In this document: in pieces, positions 53,501 to 64,000 of the stretch
How the letters are laid out: every line of letters begins with the position of its first letter
Position numbering within the stretch: the first letter of the stretch is position 1
Source: Trichoplax sp. H2
Lineage: Eukaryota
Length of the DNA: 64,000 nucleotides
Assembly: GCA_003344405.1 (NCBI GenBank)
Contig: NOWV01000177.1
Span: forward strand, 62,001 to 126,000
Direction: 5' to 3'
The notes under the pieces: model-generated
The model's input: only the letters and a program-made list of their open reading frames with translations
Database searches by the model: none
What the model was told of the DNA's origin: nothing
Program-made: the position numbers and the translations under genes

Positions 53501-56500
53501 AGTGATTAAATTTGCGATACAGTATATTTTACGAATACATAACTTGTAAGCATTTACAACCCTGAGATTTCGCCACCAAATGAACTATTGCATAGTTTGT
53601 TAATTACTGGAAGCAGGTTAAATTTAACCGCTATTAGATGTTCATATGCTAAGATAACTACCGGGTAGAAGATATTTTAATATTAGCAAAACTAACCTCA
53701 TAGTGGACCTTCCCTACGCCATATAGCAACCATCCTTGAGGATCCCAAGCCCAATGGACCACAATTGGATAGATGAAAGCTAATATTAACGTAAAAATAT
53801 TCTTATTAAATTGGCAATGGAACATTCTTAGCTTGTCAAGATTTTGATTCTATTGAAGGATATGATATTACAAACAGTACAGACCAGTGATGATCGAAGA
53901 ATATATCAAGTAGCCACCGAAAGCTGTTCTTTCTGCCACAGCACCACTCACAATTGTTGATGCAGTAGCAGCATATACATAATGATACCACCAATAAGAA
54001 TATCCAGTCAATGGTAGGCCAATTAAAAAAAAATATTCGGTACCAAAAAATGGAGTTCCTTTACCGAATGCTAAAGCATAGCCAATAGCCCAAAAGGACA
54101 CAGCACCGATAACTATCAATGCAAGATCAAAATGGATTATTTTCTATCTATATGTTAGCAGTTTCGATTCGGCTTAAGTAGTATGCTAAATAACACAACG
54201 ATTCCCAATCTATAGTATTTAATTACTTTACTATTTATAAGCTGTCAGATGATAGTAATGGCATCAATTTTCTGAAATCCAGATCATTTGTCCATAATTT
54301 GTAAAATAGTAGCTAGCCTTCAACTTAATTTTCAAAATTCACTAAACTCAAGATGCTTATCCAGTTATCTACATTTTTAAATTAGTAATGCCCAATATTT
54401 TAATTATTCTATGTAATATTAATTTTCTAAGCTTTACAAAATGTATACGTTTCATTGAAATATTTAAAATAGTTGCCATCTACTGATAAATACTGTGGTT
54501 TAGCTAACATATCTACTAATGTTTCCAAATTCTTAAAGGACAAGCTACTATTTTAGTTCTCTACTATTTTTACTTCTTGTTACGATTTATTATAATATCT
54601 ACTTCTAGTAACGGTTCTGAATTATTAAAATCTGTATCTGCATTTTACAAGTATCTGCACTCTATTTTACATTACATAAATACGATAGAATTTCCATGTA
54701 AAACTTACTCATACGTTCTGGAATTCTATATCATTTTACAGAAATATCTACCATCATAGATATCTATGATAGCAGTTTTCAAGAGCATTTCTTATTGAGA
54801 TGAATAACTTACAAACATCCATTAAATTCTTGACTAAAATATTGGTGGTATTCTTCGATCGAATTGAACCAGCTTCTAGAAATGCAAATCCTGCTTGCAT
54901 AACTGATTTCAATTTGATAAAATAAAGATAAAATGGTATTAATTTGATAATATGAATTGATAATAGTGTTATTAAATTAAAGCTAGTATCCTAGATATAA
55001 CATCAGTTTTATGGAAGTTTGAGTATTATTACGAAACCGGATTACTATCTCAAAGAATTTTGTTAATATGTTGAGAGACTATCATATATTATTCTTTGTA
55101 ATTCGTTAATTTCTTTCCATAAGCTCACTGATGAAAATTCTCCTTCATATGCTACATAATATATGTACTGCACATTTTACTTCCGGAAATTAAAAATTCC
55201 TTTAACATTAAGTTACACAAACCGGTTTGATACGAATTTTTGGCGATAAACTATGGAAAATTTTTCATTTTCCATTGAACAAATGTCAAGGTTAGCTAAA
55301 AATTATACGATATCTACAGGATCTTAAATTTGATCAATGTGTGTGTAATGTAACTAGTATTGTGATTATAGATTGTTAGCCATGTTTAATATAAAATACG
55401 GTAGATATTTGGTAGCTGTAACTATAGACTGTAGTGGTGTAGACTCTATGATAGAGTACAGATGACTATATACAGTAAGCTGTTGAGTTACTAATAAGAC
55501 TATAGGTAAAAATAGAACTGTAAATCATATATTAGGATATGGTTAATTCATTGTACTTTGGCTGGTGTGAATAATGTCTACGTAAGTACTGTAGTCGTAT
55601 CCATATTGGTTTAATGATGGTCCGCAGTAGAATAGTCTTTCTAAGAATAAGTTAACTATGTGTAAAATAAGGTAAAAGGTTGATATGCGGATTGTAGCTG
55701 CGAATGCTACGAAAAGTATAAAAGCATGCAACTTTAGATTATTCTGTTAGTTCGTTGTAGAAGTCTTTAGAAGTAGTATTCGACTAGAGTAGAACTGTGT
55801 GTAGTTAATCTTTGTATAAGATTGAATAAAGCCCTTATTTTTCTAAAATTTGGAATCTCGTGATTGGTATATATATATATATATATCACAGTGTAGATCC
55901 AGAAGCACTCTAGGCAATCGATTTCTCGAACCAGTTCCATTTGTTTGAAAATTATATCATTTTAGACATTAATTAGTATAACAATACTACGGCCTTGATC
56001 ATAAAATAACTTCCTAAATACGGATTTTAGTTGGTAGACTATGACCATATTGCCATGTCTATTTCTCAGCTAGGCTCAAACTTGAATGATCTTTGAGCTG
56101 TGATAGCCCAAATTGTAAATTTAGGTCATGATTGAATTCTCTCACAAAAGAAATGAAGTTCAATTCTATTTTAGCAATACAGGATATTCGTTGCATGCTA
56201 TTGGTCAAGCTTTGATTATAGCAAGTACTCTAGAAAGTAATTTTTGGCACCCTGATAGCTAGGCTTCGCTTAATGGTGTCGTTAAATTCCTAATCATTAA
56301 CTTTTACTTAATTTTTGATCAGACTACATCGGGAATAACTTACAGAAGATTAATATATTTGTATCAACATTAATTAACGGCGTGGTTTCAGTTCCTTAGT
56401 GGAACCTAAAATTGCTTCTGATATTTTAAAGAGATACAGATAACATTTGGGTTAAATTATGCTTGGGTGTCGTAATCAGCTTGCAATAAAAGTACTAAAT

Positions 56501-57506
56501 CAAGGCGCTAGATGCGACTAGATCAGCATTACGGTATAGCAATATTTGATCTACAACAGACTAGTCAATTCCTACAGCAAGATAGTTACAAATTATTTTA
56601 TTGAAAATTATGTGCTGATATCCAAGACCAGCTCAGAGCCGAGTAAACTGCACATTATAAGGATAAGGTTTTATGTGTGAATAACATCTAAAATTTTCAG
56701 TGAACTACAGTAATCTCATAATAAACTATTACAACACTCTATACTGTATCATATATTAATCAGTAGAATATATTATATGCTTGTTGTTTGCCTTCTCGCG
56801 AGGCGATCATCATTAATAATTAATAAAGCTAAATTAATATGAAGCGTTAATTGCTTTGTGAGAGCTTTTAGCTCCATAAGTTTGGGACTATTGGAAATTT
56901 ATAGAAAGACTTTATGCTCATGTTAGCTTAGTGCTTGTAAAAATCAGGATCTTAGCTTATGGTCCGTTTGTTTCATCAAATTTCCTAGTTAGAAATACCG
57001 TAGAATGTAAACTGTTGTGAAAGAGAAATAAAATTAAGAGTAAAACATAGGACACATACGCTACAGGATTAAAACTATCTACAGACATTTTCGATAAAAA
57101 GTTGGACATTAAAAAAGTGATAAAGAAACGGAGAGAATAATTTAATGCCCATTGCCAGGATTACATTAATCCTAGCTCTCGCTGAAAGTAGATTGATGTA
57201 CTGTCTAGGAATCTTCTAACGCCCGGAATGATACATTTGATATCTCTAGAATCTCAATTTTATAGGTTCTGTGGTCTCTATTGCAACTATTAAGTCATCG
57301 ACATAATACGACTGATTTTGCTCACCTGGTATCAATATTAGCATGTTTGTACTGTAAATGTGTTCTTAATGCATCAACTTACAGAAAACGATCATGCCAA
57401 TGATGACATGAAACACTTCATTTAAATTTTCATTTGTAACCACATTATATGGATGTGTTGTAGTATTGGTAGGTGCTGCGGTAGATTCAACTTGTAAGTC
57501 GTCCAT
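50553..57506 (-). CDS. amt: Ammonium transporter (Amt family), paralogue B, same exon structure as A
   Basis: First exon [12 protein letters not shown]...[11 protein letters not shown]|gt; then [75 protein letters not shown]...KE*. Confidence 0.95.
51837..52660. repeat. Degenerate tandem array (~140-175 bp x5) in an Amt B intron
   Basis: tctaattgtga.aatcggtcc-like anchor at ~51837, 52003, 52144, 52316 and 52491, each followed by a ...ttgtatagatactttgga...ttgatttaaaaa-like segment. Confidence 0.7.
55344..55890 (+). mobile_element. Solo LTR, copy 2 (in Amt B intron 1, antisense to the gene)
   Basis: TG...CA termini; flanks GTGTG / GTGTA (4 of 5 TSD match); collinear with copy 1, with a short internal deletion and an expanded terminal (TA)n. 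Confidence 0.9.
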
Positions 57507-58119
57507 ACTTTTAACCAGTATGTTGCGGAGTGAAATATATTCTATCTTTACCTGATGGAATAGCTACTAATCTTTTAGATAAGTACGAAGGCCGAGTTAC
57601 AACCTATGCTCTACTAATTTATTCGATAACCTAGCAAGCAATATTAAAGGTTAGCGCGTAATAAGACCAAAGAGGTTTCGTTATTGTTCTCCATTTAAAG
57701 ATCGACCAATGGAATGTCTATCATAGTCTAGAAATGAATAATTGGCTTCTACGACAATATAAAACTAGGCATAATGCTCTCATTCTAGGAATTATAGCCA
57801 TTGAGGTTTTATTAAATATGACACTAATATATTATTGTTCATCCTCTAATTGTTCATCGCTAATTTAAATATAGTCAATTTGACATATGGCGGCTGATAA
57901 AAACAGATTGCAAGATTGCCTGTGTAAGCATAGATCACGTAGATTAATCTGCTTAATATCGGATACTAATTCACTCGAATAATCGCATCAGAAGGCCAAT
58001 CCTACGCATGATTAGTATACATTACAAACTTCTTGGATATAGAATTTTCTTGAAATTGGGTTTAATAATGATATTTGCTAGGCCATGACTTTGAAGTAAT
58101 CATTATATTGAGCTATGTA

Positions 58120-58780
58120 TCCTTCATCTTTAGTATTACTGTACTTCCGTTTGAAAATATATACCTAAAAATTCCGTATATGATTGGTATACCTAATAGT
58201 ATTAACACTCAGAGAACATTTTTGCAATTGCGTGGAATAATAACCTTTTTCTTGGTTTGACCTTGAAATATGGGTGTGTAATGGTTTGCATAGAATAAAG
58301 CATATTGGTGGGCCGTGGCTGATGATGAAATAGTAAAGTAAGATAATCGCTCTTATCCAAGTGTTAAGAGTTGGAACTGAAAACTTGTAGACTGCGCCGA
58401 AATTCTTGAAGCTTAAGCGTTTTACCGCTGGCATAGAATCTAATTCGGCCTAAGATTGTAAGATCATTAAACTACGAACATGGCATAGTTACGATGAAGA
58501 TATTGCAGAGCGATATACCCTGTAAAGTTACTGGCCTTCAAAATTAGATACTCTTTCCAATGAGAAAATGAATGTTATAATACCGTATGATACTGCAGAC
58601 TACACATATGTTAAAATATTTAGCTCGATCTGCCTGATACAGGTGGTTCTATTACAGCATTGAAAGAGTAGTTTAGTATTGTTAAAGGAGAGAATTTTTT
58701 AAGCGTACTTTATAGAAACGTTTAAACCGGTTTTCCATCAGTAAATACTTTTGTCTCCATATTATTATTCATTAGTGTTA
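58120..58780 (-). pseudogene. Decayed class A GPCR remnant
   Basis: Minus-strand fragments in order: ITFIFSLERV (TM3/ERY, ~58550), RAIILLYYFIISHGP (TM6), and in another frame GIPIIYGILGIYFQ (NPxxY/helix 8). Stops and frameshifts lie between them. Confidence 0.4.
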
Positions 58781-61700
58781 AACCATATGCTTAGAATGGG
58801 CGAGGCTATTTAAATAATTGATTTAACCTCTTTCAAGTAGACTGATAGACTTTTATTGCAATTATCGTCGATCGAGAGATATTAACTCAAAATTTAAGGA
58901 TTGAGTAAGGTCAGAGGAAGTAGTAATAGTGCTATCAATTAGAATATATATATTACCATTAATTTAATCTTTTTACAGGCATGAAAAGAATTCCGCCTAT
59001 GCTTTTATAAATCGACCAGAATGAATTAAATCGGAGGAGGATAGAATATCTTTAATATTTAGCCTTAATTCACTTCTCTTAACACACAGCGATAGAATTC
59101 CTTCTTTACTTCAATTTTCTACTCTTATAAATTGAGGCCAATGGGAGGCGTGCAGCACGGATATATATCTCCATAAATACACACGAAATTTTTATAATAC
59201 GTAGATTCCGAATCTGTAACTAAAAATTGATAACTAATAGTAGCTGATATTTAGCATTGATTTTGATGTTTAAAAAATAAAGATGGTCAATTTCATCATT
59301 TAATATCTATCTAATGTATCAATCAAATATATATCTGGTAAAGGGATGGAATGAATAAAAATGAGTAAAATTGTAATCCATTAAACAAAATTTATTAGCA
59401 TTAGTTCAGTTCTCTTAATGCTTATAATACTTTTATATTATTATCTACGATCAGTTTACGTACGTAAATAGTGTCCCTGATGATTCTATCAGATATATTA
59501 ATTTTTATTCAATACTTAATACAATTATCGGAATGGATTATGTATTGATTAATATATACACCTACATAAAAATTTTACTAACTGGCATTAACCTGCAGGT
59601 TTAAATGTGGAGGTAAAAGGAGATAGTATCTAATTTTGTTTCAGTTCACCTGGTAAATGCACGTGTCAATTCTCAATTTACTATCAATCTGCTGATCCAG
59701 ATCAGACAACGAATGGCGGCGTATGTTAAGCATGGATTATGTTTCCGTTAAATATGCAAAATTGAATTTTCATTTGTTCTCGGTCTAGCTAAGAACAAAT
59801 TAAATTGGTAAATATAGAACGTTAATTAAAGTTGACTTACGTCTTTATGTCAATTTTCTTTACCACTATTAATTTTATACTATACGTAGTTTTAACGGCT
59901 GCTGATAGCAGCCAATTAAGATAGATATATTTATCTCCAAAAGCGTATATAGAATATTATTGCTAAGTGGCCATTTACTTGTTTAAATTAAATACTTGAT
60001 GATAAGATAGGGTAGAAAAAGGTGAGCAAATATGCGAATAAGATAGCAAATAATTTACCATTAAATTAGCTGACCATAAACAGGTTCTATGGATTGACTC
60101 CTATAACTTATCCTGCCATCAAAATCATGACTACGCTACCACTAACTCGCGGTCATATACTATCCATTTATTGGTTTCGTAGTCGGTTAACAATCGACTG
60201 GGCACAATTTAAACGATTAAAGATCGAATATGGTATATTAGGGTTAGAAAATATGTGACTGAGGGGAATAACTCCACCCATTTTATATTCATTGAATTAT
60301 ACATAAGTTACCGACGTGGGCGTAGACTGACTATAAGTATAGATGTCCGCAATATTTCTGTTAAATTTAGCTATTCTTAAAATCTGCTAACATTAAACTA
60401 TCTTATTTAGCTAACACTACTTACTATAAACTGCTATAATTGTATGTGATGTAAATTTCCTAAGATGAAAGGGTATTGCAGCTAGTACATTATAAAATTT
60501 TAACCTAAAAATTGTGGATCCATATTTAACTGTAGTCTTGCTATTGATTGATTGATTTCTACCCTACTCATCTCGACATTGATTAGCATTTGTTCTCGTT
60601 AGCATTTCTGTCTTTACATTAAATGTAATGAAAATACTTTTCGGTATCTTTCTCAATACATTAATCCAAAGCTATCATCAAGCCTGTAGTCTTTACTTAA
60701 TTCTGGTAAAGAAATTGGGTTTTTATTTCCATCTATATTTTATGTGTTTCAGTTATTAATCACTCCTTACGGAAGCTACTGTCTTATGTTAATAGCTAGA
60801 CTAAGAAGTAAGAGTTACTTTATGTTACCATCAATCAAGAGTGATAGCTAGCAGGAACCATATAAATTAATTTCGTCAGCAATTTAGAAATAATTTTTTA
60901 TTGATAAATAAAAGTCAAAGTCACATAGTAAATATTTTCAAATACTATTCAATTATCAAAATCATATGCCATGGCATTATCTATCGAATTAATTGTGAAC
61001 AGGACATTTTAAGAGTAAGATTGATTTATACAGCGAATTCTTTATACAAGCATTAGGATACAACTCTCCTGCTTCAGCCGCTTAAAAAAAGTAATGATTG
61101 CGGTCATATATATTCATTCATTAAATCTATTTCCACTTATATTTAGTACTATAGTTCGTTTTTGGTAGATTTAATATTTGCTATATTTAGGTGACAATAC
61201 GGTGGTATCTGATAAATAATTAGCCGAAGCGACTCTTGAGTTTATGCGAGAAATGCTACACAATTGTCGATAATATTGAACTCAGAATACGCTTCAAGTT
61301 AATGCATATTTACGCCTGCATTTGTATTTTGGATTTCATTATTTATATTAAGTTATCGTGGATAGAATTACGTATAAAATTGAAAGTCTATATAGAAAAC
61401 ACGATTGATAAAATCGAGAATGGCGATGTGATATTGTATCTTGTCCTAATAATTATAATGTCAGCTTAGTAAGGTTACTATTGGCCAGAACTATGCAAGA
61501 ATACAGCCAAATATGTTTATTGTATTCGTTAAACCTTTATCAGTTGGATAAGAAAGAAAATAACTTTCGACTTTCAAGTAATTCTTCCATTTTATGCTTG
61601 CTATTTATACCTTCCCTCCCCCTCCGGGAATGGATAAAATTAAAACTTAGTTATAACACCCATACGTTTAGATTTCACTATTTTATAAGCGTAAGGAGAC

Positions 61701-62227
61701 ATAATTTCAGAGATAGTATATTTGTGTCATTATTAATTGAGGGCATCACGATTATGATTGTAAATACAGGGTACTAATGTAGCAAAGCGCAATCCTCAAG
61801 TAGACGTTACTTTCTACAATGTTTTATGAATAAACAATTCTAGTTGCCAAGTATCCGCTTAGCATCTTTTATGACATGTAGGTTACTATCTTTTCATGAT
61901 TCTGCTAACACTGCTATTCTTTATTGACGATAATTTTCTAGTTTTTACGATTATTTGACCATCACCCCGGAATTTTATGTAATTATATTAATCCCGGTAA
62001 AGCGAACATGATTTTTACTAATTAAATCTATTTTCTTAATGAATGTAGTTTTATTCCAGAATTAATTTATAATTAGATCGTTTTCCAGAATATAAACTTA
62101 TTTACGTTATTCAATTAATTTTAATGTGACTACACAATATCATCTTTTTGCTGCTACCTTATGTTTGCAGTTGACAGAATAATTAAGCAAACGGGTTATT
62201 TCTAAATTACATTGTGCTATACCGGCT

Positions 62228-62779
62228 TGTGATATATACCAATCACGAGATTCCAAATTTTAGAAAAATAAGGGCTTTATTCAATCTTATACAAAGATTA
62301 ACTACACACAGTTCTACTCTAGCCGAATACTACTTCTAAAGACTTCTACAACGAACTAACTGAATAATCTAAAGTTGTATGCTTTTATACTTTCCGTAGC
62401 TTTCGCAGCTACAATCCGCATAGCAACCTTTTACCTTATATTACGCATAGTTAAATTTTTCTTAGTAAGACTATTCTACTGCGGACCATCATTAAACCAA
62501 TATGGATACGACTACAGTACTTACGTAGACATTATTCACACCAGCCAAAGTACAATGAATTAACCATATCCTAATATATGATTTACAGTTCTATTTTTAT
62601 CTATAGCCTTATTAGTAACTCAACAGCTTACTGTATATAGTCATCTGTACTCTAGCATAGAGTCTCTACCACAACAGTCTATAGTTATAGCTACCAAATA
62701 TCTCTTAGGATAAATATATACCGTACATTATACTACACATGGCTAACAGTCTACAATCACAATACTAAGTTACATTACA
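62228..62779 (-). mobile_element. Solo LTR, copy 3 (inverted)
   Basis: Reverse complement of copies 1 and 2; TG...CA termini; perfect 5-bp TSD CGGCT (62223-62227 / 62780-62784). Confidence 0.92.
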
Positions 62780-64000
62780 CGGCTATGCTGCTAATTGATC
62801 TTGGAATTAAAATCTAAGATTTTTTCTAATTTGTATTTTATGGATGCTGGCCTTATTTACAGGATTAATTAATATAGAAAGGAAGATATTTTTGTTAATC
62901 ACATCTAGCCATGTAGATGATCACTTGTCTTCCTGTTGTGTGTACTAGTTTATATATATCATAGAGTTTAGATTTTAAGTTTACTGTTGAGGAAGACTGT
63001 GTTGATCGATGAAACTATACCGTCGAAGATCGCGTTTAAGATATAGTTAATAGCAGACAAGTTCAATAACTTGCAATAGTTAGCATCTAGTAGACTACAT
63101 TAGAGACTACATAATCAAATATTTTCTTCATATAACAAAGTAATTTACACGAAGGCGAAAAAATACGTTGTTAAGCACTGGCAGTCTCTACCTAAATAAA
63201 TGAGCGCTAGCAGGCATCTTAACTCGGTATAATGGATAAAATTTAATTTTGGGCAATGAACAGTAAAACTAGAATAATTTTATAATGTAGTAATTATCAT
63301 TTTAAAATCAAAAGACCACATGATTTTATTATTCGACAAGAACCGATTTTACTTGAAAATCAATAGCTAGAAAGTCTTTCATTATAACAATAGATATAAC
63401 TTAAGCTTTCATTCCGATCTACAATCTAATAGGAATATTTATTTACACGGCTAATTTAAACATGAATTGCAAATTTTAAATAGGCAATTGGATATAAATT
63501 AAATTTCCGCAAGTCGAGACCGAAATAATTATAAATCAGGATTATAATATGATAAGGTCTGTTAATAACGATGGCTAATGCTCATGCTTTTAATTGACTT
63601 TTTATAATAATTATAATATTTACAAAAATAAAATATAAATTCTTCGTAATGTTTATAAATGTAGCTAATGCTCTATTCGGTAAATATTTTCTGCATAGGA
63701 TATATCCAGGCAGAATATTCCAGTAACTATTCGTGTTGTTAGTGTTAAACACCAGCGGTAGGCAGAAAGAATTATTATGCTAATGCTCTAAGTTTTTGGC
63801 TCATTTGACGGTAAGAAATAAACTTTATTTGAAGGTATAGTTTATGTTTGATTTTCAATGTTGCCTTCCACGTCTAGAGAAGACCTGATGCAGTTGTCCT
63901 TTCTGAATATGCTTAAGTTTGCTTTCAAATTCTAATAGATATTTTGGAAATAGATTTTTCTCCGTAAATTTAGTTGCTGGCATTAATGTGGGCGATCTTG

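Noticed and set aside
55543-62563. Near-identical 62-aa ORFs at 55543-55731 and 62375-62563
   Set aside because: Antisense frames inside LTR copies 2 and 3; the similarity reflects the repeat, not a gene family.

Overview
AT-rich, compact, intron-containing eukaryotic DNA with early-branching-animal gene content (placozoan-like; the taxon is an inference). There is one 20-N assembly gap at 1698-1717. Spliced genes reconstructed by hand: the 3' end of a type I membrane protein with a C-terminal DxxxLL sorting signal, an EGF-repeat gene fragment, RPL29, an mTERF-family protein, a divergent alpha-tubulin, a single-coding-exon FHA-RING E3 ligase, a secreted LDLa + MEGF-type EGF protein, POC1, a GTF3C6-like TFIIIC subunit (head-to-head with POC1) and two tandem ammonium transporters. 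Also present are one clear and three heavily decayed GPCR pseudogenes, three solo LTRs of one family with 5-bp target-site duplications, and several 125-205 bp tandem arrays. Best leads: (1) an FHA-RING ligase that also carries an SDTD motif, an acidic tract and a C-terminal PARP-type zinc finger, a candidate self-contained DNA-break-sensing E3; (2) a 25-nt motif shared 22/25 at the predicted starts of RPL29 and POC1, plus CTGTA/TACAG tracts marking promoter regions; (3) two Amt paralogues with the FQxxF gate motif changed to CNYVY and YHYVY.
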